From positions 1 to 64,000 of the forward strand of contig ADNK01002498.1 in NCBI GenBank assembly GCA_000320545.1: DNA of 64,000 nt, given 5' to 3'. The notes beneath the pieces are model-generated. The model worked only from the letters and a program-made list of their open reading frames with translations. It ran no database searches and was not told where the DNA came from. The translations under genes and the position numbers were made by a program. Positions 47,793 through 60,720 of this stretch are shown one piece after another. Source of the stretch: Bigelowiella natans CCMP2755. Its lineage: Eukaryota; Protista; Cercozoa. How positions within the stretch are numbered: position 1 is the stretch's first letter; each line of letters starts with the position of its first letter.

Positions 47793-48115
47793 TACATATA
47801 TACATATATAAGAAATGTATTTTCGTCTCGTTTATAGAAGGACACCTTGTTGATTAGGGATTGTGCTTTATTTTTGGGTCTCTCGGAGCAATATCCCAAT
47901 TTCCTCACTCTCATCCAGGTCTCGAAGACTTAGTTATTACACCTTCCCATCAACCATGAAATGTTCATGGTTTCAGTGGGTTGTCCGCACGGGCTTGTTC
48001 TTTTTTCTCCTTTCCGTTGCAAAGCCTTTCCATTGCCTGAGTTTACAAAACTAGAGCATACCGGCATGGCAAATCAGCGAGATCTTGAGCCAACATACGG
48101 ATAAATTGATCGTAT

Positions 48116-48165
<50 letters not shown>

Positions 48166-49651
48166 CACGTATATGATGTTTTACTCACTAGAGTTATAGA
48201 GCACCCCCCTACAAAGAAAATGCAGCAATCATAGATAAAATCACCATTTCAGGAAGTAGACTCTGCGGATAATGATAGTAACGAGGGTGACTTTGCAGAG
48301 GAGAAAGGTCAAAGAGAAGAAAAGGACGAAGGAAAGGATTCTACGACAGCGAGTCAACCTTCCCGTGGTGCAGATCCCACCGCCATTTCAGAGCTGGGAG
48401 CTGGCACTACCGAGAAACATACAGAGAACGGGTCTCGTGAGGATAATCCAAGCAGCGGCAATAATAGCGACAAGAGCAATAATGATGGTGATAAGGAGGC
48501 GGAGATGGTGGATGGGAATGGTGATGCCGGCTTGGAATTAATGGCAAACGATGAGAAGGCGTTGAAGAAGCTTCGCATTGCCATATGGAACGCACAGGTG
48601 CAGGATACGATTTCAGCCGTGCAGGTAGGTGGGCTTCGATCATGTGATGGAAAAATCTTGATTACAATGACTACGGCGTTGACGCTGATGATAAACACAA
48701 ATGCACACAGGCTTGCATCCTCGACGATTTTCTGTCGCCAGATCGGCACCAACCTCGAGCACCAAATGAGGGGGAGGAAGAAGGTATAAATGCTGATGAG
48801 CTGAAAGCATCCCTTCTGGCCTCTCCCTCCATTTCCAACGTGAGAATCAACGACTCGGATGTAAGAGGGACGCGACAGCAAGTTCTGTTGTTCAAATGTG
48901 ATGGCTTCGACGGGGGGGGTGTCTCCGTGACTGTGCGCGCGAAGTTAGGAGCGAGCAGAGACGCTGTGAGCAAGATGGAAAAGGTCAGAAAAGAGGGTGA
49001 TAATAATGCCAGAATTGAAGCAGGTGGCACCTCTTCGGTCAATATTGCAGTTTTTGAGGCAGAGGGACTTGGATTTTCCGACTATGCACTCCTAAATACG
49101 TGGCTTGCAGTTTTGATCCAACAGAATGGATACAACAACATCGCCAATTCTAATCAAGGCCTCCTCCTGCTATCAATAAGCATCATATCCCACCGACTTG
49201 CAGAGCTGATATCGGGGGAGTTTGGGGCGCACGATAGAAGAGCCGCCATCAAAAAGCTGCGACGTTTGAAGCCTCTGTCCAATCAGAGAGCGGGCCATAT
49301 CTCTATGGAAATTGTTGGGGTAGAATAAATGAATGTCAATGAATCAATAACTGCCTGCCCTGCGGCTCCTTGAGAAAGCTTTGGCGCAGAATTCTGTACT
49401 GTCTATTCCATCATGATGATGATGCGATCGAAAGGTGCCTTCGGACCTGAAGTTACTGGATCGACGATCACGCTCAGATGTAAGTAAGGACGTGACCGTA
49501 GCACGTATGCCGTTGCTGGCCGTCGAGGAAGCTGTGAGGAAGCAGCTCGTGGATCATTACGAAACCAAACGTAGGCGTTCCTTGCAAAAGTATAATCAGG
49601 TGTGCGTGCATACATCCATACACAACCTCGTGCGCACCCCCGTCAACCGTA

Positions 49652-49695
<44 letters not shown>

Positions 49696-50076
49696 GCGAG
49701 CGGCTTGGAAAAAGGGAAGGGGGGGGAACAGGAGAAAGGGCACTGCACCGCGGACAAGTTTCACATCAGCAAAATGGGAGCAAATAGTACACCTCGAAAG
49801 CGTTGCACGCGGAGAGGCTATAAAGCAGTTCTCGGAGTGTGCTCAGCAGCTCGAGAGGGAATTCCAGGAACGTGTCGTTGATGGGCGCTATGAAGGGGAC
49901 GGCGACGAGGAGAAGGATGATACTGATCAAAAAGGCGCCCAAAAGGGGGAGAAGACAAAGCAAAAGAAGAAGAAAAAGAAGGAGTCAAAGGCGCGGGTGG
50001 TAGATATGCTGATGCCTCATATGGCCTTCCATGGGACAAGCAGCAGGTAGCGCTGTAGCAGTAAGCAAGTCCATCA

Positions 50077-50116
<40 letters not shown>

Positions 50117-50632
50117 GTTACGCATTGGTGTTACCCCTCTCTCCGTGCGTGCTGTGTGGTTTTATTGCAGGATCAATGTGGATTCGATCGCAGAGAACGG
50201 TGTTGTGCCTCCGGGAGAATTTACCAGCGACGGATATCTTGTCACAACTTCAACGGGATCTGCGTTTGGCGAGGGTAGGGCAAACGGATGTTGGTGTGTG
50301 TGTGTGTGTGTGTTAGAGAAAGAGAGGGGGGAGTAGAAGAGTCTGTGAGTCGTGCATCTGTACAACATCGGTTGGTCCCATGAGGCATGTGTGTGCAGTT
50401 GACGGAGTTTGCAAGAGAATATGTAGGATGAAGCTCGTGAAGTATGATGCGTTTGTTGGTATATTCAGTATAGTGTTACACAAAATCTTAGGAATCTACA
50501 CAACTTTGAACCCGTCGGTAGCTGCATCCTACGGGTAGAATACCCACCCACCACCACCACCACCACCACCACCATTATCATCATTATCATCATCATCAGC
50601 ATCATCAGCATCATCATCATCAGCATCATCAG

Positions 50633-50663
<31 letters not shown>

Positions 50664-52476
50664 ACATGTTCGGATTATGGCTGTGTTATATTTGTGACGA
50701 CGATACTATCCTCCTCCTCCTCCTCCTCCTCCTTTCATCGCCTAACAGATACTATGATCCCCACCATGCAACAAGCCAGTTTTTTGTCGGATTGGTGTTA
50801 CCAGGCATTCCCTGGTACTGCGTCACCAGCAAATCGCGACAGTTTCCAACGGTGAAATGGGGACAGACGCAGAAGAAGGGATTCCACTCGCACGTTAACG
50901 CGGCAGGCAACATCGACGGATTTGACGTCACCGTGATCTTTGAGTCCCGTCAATTTCTCCCTCTCTTCCTCGTCACCACCGTACGGAACGATGTGGCGCA
51001 GACTAATGGTAAACAATAAATTATGCTACATTGATTGCGAAACGATGGATCGTTGCCACTGCTTGTGTATGTTGTCACCATGATTCTTCCTGAATCATGT
51101 AAAACCTTTCATGCTCCTCCCCCCTCCCCCCCATTCCCCCCCCCCCTTCTCATCTCTTTAGGAGTCTCGAAGGCTCTAAATGCGTTGCTTCCCGGCCACT
51201 TTTCGGAGAAAATGAACCAGAAGACGAGCTCTAAAGAAAAGGCGAAGAGAAACCAATCGCTCGCAGAGGAAAAACGACTGGAGAAGAAATTGTCTTTTTT
51301 CAAGAAAATGGAACGGTATCCCCCAGGCTTAATACTGTATAGAGTCCCCGGACTTAGCGATACATGGAGTCTCCGTCTGAGCTCCGCTGTGCTGAAAGAC
51401 CTAGACCGGCGTCAGGCTAAGTACAAGCGGATTCTACACATGGTCGGCAGGGACATTGACGACGCTCTCCTTGTCAAACAGAAGAAGCAGGTGGCAGATG
51501 TAGCAGCAGAGCACGCGCGCGTTGCTATCCCCGTATTCACGGTTCATTGTGTGTGGGTGTTTTGCGGTTCTCAAGATCTACTGCAATCTACTACTGTTGC
51601 TTCGAGTGCGTCTTCGTTTCGATCGCTCTTTTGTTTTCTAATACGTGTTGGTATACTGCCGCTGCTGCACACATCATTCCGATACAGATAGCCGTTTGCG
51701 CTCACCTGTTGTTTTGCTACATCCACGCACAGTCAGCTCTCAATGCCGCGTTGCACACGACTTCTTCTGATGGAGGGACCCTCGGTGTCCACATCGTCTA
51801 CGCGATAGATAAATCTCAGAGCATGGGCGTGAGAGGTTTCAAGCGTCTTGCTCTCCCAGCTTGCCTGGAGATCCACAACTCCCTCTCCCCTGACTCTGCA
51901 CACGCAGTGATGTTCGGGGAAACCGTGACCCATACCCAAGTAAAGTCGTCGCAGTACTTTTCAAAGAACGGCCTAGCCTCGAAGACGAAGCTCGAGCCGG
52001 GTTTCTCCTTCCCCCCCTCCCCCTCCCCCTTCCTCCTTCTCCTCCTCCTTCTCCTCCTCCTCCTTCTCCTCTCTCACTACCACTACCTGCTGTTATTCGC
52101 TGTTCTTCTTTCAGGCACCGCGCTGATGGAAGGCTTTGAGAAGGCCGTGGAGCTTGTGGTCAACACACATTCACGGGCGCAGGAAGATGCGGACCGATCT
52201 CTCCGCGAGCAGCTCGTAGGGCTGGAACTGCTTTACGATAAGATTCAACAGAGTACCAAAGTAGCACAGGAGGGGCATGGAGGAAGAGGAGGGGGGGTGG
52301 GTAAGGGACGGCTGACCAATAGGGAAAGGAAATACAGGAGTCGTCTTTCTGCGGCTAGTGATCGTATAGATACCCGCATGGCAGATGTACGTGTTGCGCA
52401 AATGAAGCTGATTGGTTCGAAAGGGCCTGGACGTGTGAAGGCCAGGAGAAGAGTTTTCCTGGCTATCAAATCCTTG

Positions 52477-52510
<34 letters not shown>

Positions 52511-53808
52511 TTGTACTAGTTGTAGTTGTAATTGTTGATTTTAGCAGTAGCATATTTGAAATGAAATTGCCGCATTTATTGCGCGATAACCATCATAGTC
52601 ATCATTCATTCCTGCTGTTTCAGAACAACGCTTTTCGTGCGCGCGATAGATTGAAATCAAAGCATTTCCACCGGGAAAAGATTCTAGAGAGGGGAAAGAG
52701 ACGTGATGATGAGAAGAACACTCCTCACAATGATGGAAAAGACGCCTCTGAGGGAAATCAAAACGTAGCTGTATCGGCGTCCACAGAGATCGACAAGGCT
52801 TCTGCCTCCTCTCTTCTGGTTTGTGCTACTAATGATGGTGTACGTACACACGTGCTAGTCCTTCAATTCCTCTCCCACCTTTGCCTGTCGTGCGAAGGGT
52901 ATAGATAGAGAAGGAGGGCAATCGCCATTATCATTTATCACCATCACCGTCATTTATATCATGAACAGTAGCCATGAATAACCCACTCGCATGCCCTCAC
53001 AAAAGGACAACAACACCAACAACATTTGCCCAAAGATGTAGATGTCTGCGTCGTCGTATTTGTTTCTCACACTTGTCTGGCTCACAACTCTCTTCTCCTC
53101 ACTTTGGCCGCCCCCCCCCTCCTCATATCATATCCCAAACATTTCAGGATGTAAAGGCCAGAGTGGATAAGACAATACGACGGAACAAGCAGTATCGCCT
53201 CGCATCTGTCGCAAGAACGCTGAAGAAGCAGGACGAGGAGAGCTTGCTGGTCAATGGGTGCCAGTCGTTGGAATGGGAGCAAGAAAGGGTTCTGGCTAAG
53301 GAGGCGCGCACTTCCTACGTCATCGTCGTACTCTCAGATGGCTGCGAGACTGTTTCTACAACCGCAAAGATCGAGGCAGGACTTCAGCGCGTAGTGCGAG
53401 TGATGCAGCAGGGCGGGATCAGACTCATCGTCAAGATCGTCGGCATAGGAAGGTCAGAGGGATGGGGAGGGAGGAGGGTAAGTGAGTGGCAGGGATACAA
53501 CAACGAACGTGCAAACACACGACGCATAGAAATATGACGAGTATTATTGGGCTGCTCGTAATACCTGGTGGCAGGTACGCCGACACACAACTACTGATAA
53601 AGCAAAAGCTGGCAGCTCAGACTGTGAGTTTGTTCGAAACGACGCCCGTGCACTACGCCCCTAAACGCAAGAATCTACTGAAAGTCGTGCATCAACTCTG
53701 CGCGGAGCTCAGGACGAACCTGTGAGATTATTAGAACTGATATTGAGTGTGATGATGAGGCATACTCCCAGAACTAAAAATTTCTTATTTTATCTTCCTC
53801 TTCCTCCC

Positions 53809-53847
<39 letters not shown>

Positions 53848-56563
53848 TCTTTCCTCCTTCCCATCCGACCTCTCCCTCCCCTCCTCCTCTTCCTTCTTTG
53901 AACGACGACAGTTGCTCCCAGCCCCTCACCGTTAGGGTGGAAGAAGGCGGCCTCGAATCTCGATCCGCCGCATCAGAGGGGATGCTGCACACCATCGGCG
54001 ACATCAAGGCTGTGCATTCGATACAGACACGGCTGCGAAAGGACGGCAAGCCAACCATCTTGTGCTATAGGGGGAAGAAAGTACCAAAAAGGCTCCTCGT
54101 AGGGCCACGAACCGTCGCCATTTACGAGGAAGATGCCTATAGGGCTGGAGGCTGGAGAAGCGATGAAGATGAGGAGGAGGGGGAGGGGGAGGGGGAGGAG
54201 GAGGAGGAGAAGGAGAAGGAGGAGGAGGAGAAGGAGAAGGAGGAGAAGGAGAAGGAGGAGAAGGAGAAGGAGGAGAAGGATAAGAAATCAAAAGCATCAT
54301 CGTCATCATCACCATCGGTAGAAAGAGAAGCAATGACAACAGCATCAGCATCTCAGATAGAGGACTGGCTACTTCTGCTTCGAGACGGGGTGCAGAAGGT
54401 GAAGATGCGGGCGGTGGCTCAAGAGGGAAACTTGCTTCCGATCGTGAAGAACATCAAGAGGGTGCTCTTTGTGCGTTGCATCGTGTGACATCTAGCATAC
54501 CAACCAACATTGGGAATATCCTCCTTGTTATTAACATACCTCTCCTCCTATGATCATACTCCCCTTCTTCTTCTTCTTCTTCTTCTTCTTCTTCATCATC
54601 ATCATCATCGTCATCACCCCCCCCCCCCCCCCTCCTCTCCTTAGGTCACGAAATCAATAAAATCGGCAGGATACGACTCCAAGATGCTGGCGAAGATGCA
54701 TCCTACAGAACGGCAAAGACTGATGAGGGGCCGCCGCGCGCTGACTCATAATCTCGAAAGTCTGAGCAATGGCCTGGAAGATATGGTTAGGCTTGCTGGA
54801 ACGATGACATCTGATGAGATGGCTAGATGGCTGAATAAGGTAGCAGTAGCAGCAGCGCCGTGGTAGTTTGAGCAGTGGTGGTGGTGGTGGTGTTTGTTGT
54901 TGTTGTTGTTGTTGTTGCACGGTGACGGCAACCATTTGGCACAAGAATAATAATGATGGTGATGATGATGATGATGATGACAACTCGCTGCCGCTATTTT
55001 TCTTCTTTAAGCCTCCTCTATCGTGACGATGCCTATCCATACCATGGCCTCTAGGTGTCGAGCATGAAGTACGGCGCAAAAGCACTCCGTCGAGTCGCCG
55101 CAGGAGAGCCGTGTAAGGGCTCCCTCACCAGTCTGGCTGTTGCCGACGATTTGCTAAAGCGAGTAGAGAGGAGGGAGCAAATAGCGATGGAACGGAAAGG
55201 AGATGACGATCAAGACGGCGACGACATAGAGCTTGGGGGGCAAGGGGGGGGGGTAAGCATCGTGGGTACAGACAGTGATCCTGCTAATGACAGAAATGCC
55301 AGAATCACCGATGGTAGCAACGACAACGACATCGGTGAAAGCGTCGCCTCCACGACAAGTATTGAGCCGGCAGGCCGCACGGAGACCGAGACCGAAATAG
55401 CTGCCGCGGAAGACGACGCTGAAAACTTGGATGGTGCCGACAGGATTGTCAAGCTGAAGGAACAGGCACAAATCCGAGCAAGGTTGGTAGGACCATGGAG
55501 GAGCTTCATCGACGGTGTGGGGTCGGCAAAATGCTGGGAAGAGATTAAGGGGGGAGAGCGTATGAGAGAGGTAGTGCAAGCCTATAAACTTCTCCAGCAC
55601 GAGCAGAGGGAATTAGAGCGGCAAGAGCGCAAGCGCATGACTGGATCCCGTCGCGCCATCGTCGGGGCAAAGGTCAGGGTGTGCGAAAAGGGTGAGGGGG
55701 GGGGTTGTGGCAAGTCCATCCTCAACGTGATTATACAGACGAACACCGCCGCGCGGGAGGAGAAGGGGAGGGGGGGGGGGGGATTTTCGCGTATTACATA
55801 GGACGAATCAACCGGAGAGACCTCAGGATTCATTATCTTTCTTCCCCCGTTTGCTTTTTTGAAGGTAAAACTGCACCTGCCCACCGGCGAGCACTCGAGC
55901 AAACACGGCAATCTTGGACTCATACTGAACAAGAGGGGAGTTGGAAGCGAGGCGTCTTTTCTAATTCGCCTTTCAAGTGCCGTTGGTCCCCCTGCGTCCG
56001 CCAAGAAGATGGAGCTGCGCCGCCATCAGTTCAAGGTGCTGCCGGATAAGGAGAACCCGGCTACTGCCGTCACCAAGGACTCAAGATATGAGCGACTCCG
56101 CTTCGATAGAGAGCTCACAAGGTAGCTGATTTCCCAGTCAAGCCTAACTTGCTCTGCGATTGTAGAAATAGCTCCGAATTGATAGTGAAAACCAGCGCCG
56201 TTGTTTCGCAGCAGTGGCTTAATTTGCAGCTTCAACCATCGTCCTGCCAATGCTGATCAATCACATCCTTGACGACTCTGTGTAGCGTTGGTGTTGACCA
56301 TGCTGAAACTGACGTTCTTCAGACTTAAAGCTTCCCTCACGCCTCTCGACTTGCTGTGCGCTTTCGGGATGCTAGGGAATCTCGTGAGTGTGCAGAGAAG
56401 TGAGGCGGCTGTGATCAATCCTTGGGCTGTGCAAATCTCTTACGTGTCTCACGACAAAGCAACAACGAATTCGGCGTGTGCTGCGCTGGATCATGGCCTG
56501 CCTTTGCATGATCAGAAAGGTGTTGATGCGTATAAAACCATCTATTGCATAAATACAAATATT

Positions 56564-56599
<36 letters not shown>

Positions 56600-57903
56600 C
56601 TGCGAAAAATATAGAACTGACTAATGCACACGCGGGATGAAAAAGTTATCGTAGCACGGTTTGTGTTGTTTTTCTACTACAATCGAGAGGATGAGCAGAA
56701 GCAGCTGCGACACGATAGTGCGATGTCGGATTTTCAAACTGAATTCACTTCAACAAACAACTCAGGCGTACGTGCGGCCGATGTCCTTGTGCTTGCGAAT
56801 CCAAGAAACCCAGAGCCTTACCTGCAATTCGTCGGGTCGAGGCTACACGATCTATATCTTTCGTTAGTCTTTACGCGCTCTTTGGATATCTCTCTTCCCG
56901 CACAAAGGACAGCCCTGTTGATGGTTGCGTTGGCACGCTCCCTAGAGCAGCTCCTTCCGCCACCAAGAGCACCTGCGCGCTCGCGGTCCCCTTCCCCAGC
57001 CAATAAGAAAAGTAAGAGAAGCGGCAGCAGGTTTCCTTCACTTCCTTTAACCATCATCATCATCATCATCGTCGTCGTTGTCGTCATTATCATCATCAAT
57101 GTTTAGTACCATTACTTGAGTATTTTATCAACCGCTGGTTAGCCTCGCCATTAACAATCGATACGGTGGTTAGGCGTGGGTCACGTAGCCCTTCTCGTGA
57201 CAACCGAAGGAAGAATAGCATCGGTAGCGGTGCAACACTTGACATCGAATTTGTCGTCGACAAAGACGCCAAGCTGAGTCCTGGTACTGATCGGTACCGG
57301 CAGATAGAGACAGCTCTTCAGATTCTTTACACTCTCCGCCGCCGTCTCCTCAACGAACGCACGCGGAGGGAACACTCGAAAGCGCCGTCGAGGAAGGCTA
57401 TGAAGCATAGTAGCCGGAAGAAGAATGCGGCCGACGTGGCTCTCAATGAGGAGAAGCGAACGCCAGCGTACTGGCGAGGAATCATCGAGAAACTTTCAGG
57501 TGCTCATCCGGAGCGGCACTTGACGGAGACGAAAGAGGATGATATTGCCTCGGTCGTGAAGCCCCTCGGCGCTCTTTTGTGTTTGAACCAGGGCATTAGC
57601 TTATTCAGAAGGACTCGGGCGAGTAGTACTAGCGAGGAGATGGATGATGGCGACAATGCTGCTCCGACCGAGGGTCCTGAAGAAGGAGCCGGGCAGCAAT
57701 ACCACCACATAAACCCGAATGTTCGCAAGTTAGCTCTTGCTCTGCTCGCCGAGTCTACATCCAGAGAAGCACGTGTGTTTGTAAAGTCAAAAATAAAGGC
57801 CTTTGAAGAAGCTAAGAAAGAAGAAGAGGCGAAGAAGGCGAAAAGGGCAGCTGCAGATACGAAAAAACAGTCGGGAAAACTTCAGGCGGATGGTCTGAAT
57901 CTG

Positions 57904-57943
<40 letters not shown>

Positions 57944-59067
57944 CTGTCTCTCTCTTCCTCTCTCGCCTGAAATTTCAGTGTAGGTTGTGCGTGCGTGTGT
58001 GCGTGTGTGCGTGTGTGCTGTGCCTGAGCTGATTAACCAGTAACAATGTCCTCTCTCCATCACGATATTATTGTTGTTTTTGTTGCTGTTGTTGCTTCGA
58101 TCTATTCATTTTATCTCCTCTCACAGAGGATTTCGAGGGCGACCCAACTTTAGGCCTCGCGCCCTCCCACGCCGCGGCACACCACGTAATAGTGTAATCC
58201 ATAGCAGAGTGCACATGCGGCGAAGCGCAGGCGTGCCACTTTCATATGGCGTTATCACCAAGTGTTTCTATATCTGAGAGTTAAGAGAAATGAAGAGGTA
58301 CTGTTACGATGACTGTTTATTGATAATTACTAGATTCTAATCCGAGCGCTTGGCATTTCCTTGTCATCGTGCACGGCCCCCAAAGCTGATGGCGAGGCGG
58401 AGCCCAATGCAGCGGACCTTGTTCATTCGCCCGCTTTCGACGACGAGAAGGCTTTGAGGCACGCGAAGCGATTCTTCTCCAGCAAAGGAGGCTGGACGAA
58501 TTGCTCCGTTCGCTCCGTCCTCGCGTCGCTTACATTTGCACAGGCGTTGACTGACTTTCTGTCTAGAGGCGGCGACGGGGAAGAGGGGGGGGACACGGCA
58601 GTGCCAGGTGCGAGTTGCGACAACGCCAACAGGAACAACCTCCTCATAGTCCTCGACCGCATCCTTGAAAAAGGCTCAGCCGGTGATCACGATGCGCTAG
58701 TTCAGTACTTGCATCGATGCATGGCTGGAGCGAAACTTGGACGATTCGTCCGGTCGCTGGCCCCCGGACACAGCGCCAAGGATGTGCAGACGGCACTCTT
58801 TGCGCAGGGCGTGTTCGCACACGACTCCGGGGCACGAAAAGACGGAAATCTCCCGACGCTTACAGATCCGAGGAAGGTCGTGTAAGTGTCTGATGATGAG
58901 GATGGGAGGGAGGGAGGGAGAGAGGGCTCATTGGTGGTGGACCCTATTGTTCGTTGTAATATGTGCATGAATATGATGGCTCGACGGGGAATATTACAAC
59001 CATACATGCTCTCCTAGCTATAATCTGTTCAAGGTTATCGGCCTGGTGCACATTCCGTCATCACGCA

Positions 59068-59108
<41 letters not shown>

Positions 59109-59870
59109 GCATTTCGTCAACACGATCAGGCGGTGGAGGCCATCTCGCAGACCCTCCGATCCCGCGTCTATAATGCCCGCTTGCGCAAGAAGATCGCGAG
59201 GGAGAAGGCTATTCTAGACAACGCCAAGAAATCGTCACGTGTGAAGAGGCTAAAGATACGTCAATCTACTTTCCTACATAATCACCGCGGTCTGCCAACA
59301 CTCTTTTCCCACTCCGAGCTCGATGCGCTGACCACCAAGCTCAAGGCCCGTTACGACGACAACAAGGCCAAGGATGATAAGCGAAGGGATGAAGACAATG
59401 CAAAAGCAGTAGCAGCGATGACCATGAACACTTTGGATGGTGTCGAAGATAAAGGAGACAAATATGCGCGTGTAGTAAGCTCCTTCGTCCCTCCTTCCCT
59501 AACAGGAAGCGGCCTGCTGCGACATCGATGTGCATGGCGGACGTGCCCCTTCTACCTACAGTCGTTCGCGACGAAGGAAGATCTTATTCACGGCACACGT
59601 GTTGGGTTGTTTCGCCACCTTGCGCCTCTTCGACACCCCAAACGGCTCTACGTCGGCGGGCTTCACCTTGTTGCCAAGTCGTCCTTTTTGAGACACAAAG
59701 GGAGAGAGGCCCCTTTCAAAAGAGAAATGCTCGAGTACATTCTCACACAGGGCGATAGGGATGTGACCAAAAAGGAGCGGCAAGCTCTGGTCGAGATTCT
59801 ATATAATGATCTGAAGTCTAAGGCTGATAGGGGAGACGAAACTTTAGAAAGTAAGCTACGCACACAATAG
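47030..59870 (+). CDS. Very large multi-exon protein with PARP-like ADP-ribosyltransferase domain and von Willebrand factor A domain
   Basis: Spliced ART motifs AFHGTSSR|INVDSIAENG..GSAFGEG|IYTTLNPSVAASYG|Y..FFVGLVLPG..DVTVIFESRQFLPLFLV (49990-50980). vWA MIDAS: IVYAIDKSQSM, GTALMEGF, IVVLSDG, VKIVGIG (51790-53450). Long C-terminal exons to the stop at 59870. 5' start uncertain; could be more than one gene. Confidence 0.75.
54163..54285 (+). repeat. Coding purine-rich low-complexity repeat (poly-Glu/Lys)
   Basis: (GAG/AAG)n encoding DEDEEEGEGEGEEEEEKEKEEEEKEK... within an exon of the ART-vWA gene. Confidence 0.85.
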
Positions 59871-60176
59871 GGAAAAGAATTGAATCCATACCAAAGGCTG
59901 CTTCCGAGGAGAAAAACAAATGATGTTCGCCGTAGATGAGCTTTAATATGGCTAATCTGCCGAATACCTACATAGAGATAGTCGTGGAAAACACCGCTTA
60001 GCATGCATGCTAGCATGCGACGAGCGATTTGATATGCAATATCATTTTTTCTCCGAACTTTTCAAAATAATCATGCAGAAAGCGATTGTTTTGTCCGGTA
60101 CATGCGCGTAAGTGATTTTGGGACGTGAGCCAGGACATCCCGCATGGAAGGAAACCCTCTGCTTCCATGCACGCGT

Positions 60177-60534
60177 TGTCAGCGGTCTGGCCGCGCCACC
60201 CACGATCAAGGAGCTGTCGCAGCATGCGCACGTCCACTCGTGCTGCACGCTGCGCTGCGCACATGCGCATGGAAGTTCTCAGAACTTCCAGAATCTTCGA
60301 GAACATTCCGGAAGCTTCGAGAACCTTCCAGAAACACTCGAGAGAATTCGAGAGAATTCTGGAAGATTCGAGAATCTTCGCGAATGCGCCGGAACCCAAT
60401 GCGCACATGCGTGCAGCGCAAGTCACAAGTCATCATCAGAATCCAAAAGCACACGAGACCGCGTGTTGACTTTCCAACATCAACAGCACAGTCCCGCGCA
60501 CAAAAGCCAAACAGCTACCGCTAGTCCGCTAAAA
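60177..60534 (+). repeat. Putative 5' LTR of the Copia element (~358 bp)
   Basis: Starts TGTCAGCGGTCTGGC, an imperfect inverted match (11/15) to the end GCTAGTCCGCTAAAA, which directly abuts the PBS. The partner LTR is outside the window, so the boundaries are inferred. Confidence 0.6.
60285..60385. promoter_or_regulatory. Heat shock element (HSE) arrays in the Copia LTR
   Basis: 10 contiguous alternating nTTCn/nGAAn pentamers at 60285-60334 and 6 more at 60356-60385. Confidence 0.8.
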
Positions 60535-60545
60535 GGTTATGAGCC
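60535..60545 (+). other. Primer-binding site complementary to the anticodon arm of initiator tRNA-Met (half-tRNA priming)
   Basis: GGTTATGAGCC is the reverse complement of GGCUCAUAACC; same type as the Drosophila copia PBS GGTTATGGGCCC. Confidence 0.85.
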
Positions 60546-60720
60546 TCAAGAGGACTTGCTAGAGAACCAACAAAGAAAAGAACCAAGCAAACCCCCCACC
60601 CCCCCCCTTCAGCTACATCCTTCCAGAAGAAGGAACTGAAAGCGACAACAGCATTCCCTCAGCCAATCTTCGGTCAAGCCTCCAAAGCACTGAAAACAAA
60701 GAAAACAGGAACGAAACAAC

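Noticed and set aside
60271-60385. Possible CRISPR-like or coding repeat (overlapping ORFs 60010-60639)
   Set aside because: 10-bp periodic motif with no spacers and no cas genes in a eukaryotic LTR. The ORFs are by-products of a stop-poor repeat, and HSE explains the pattern better.
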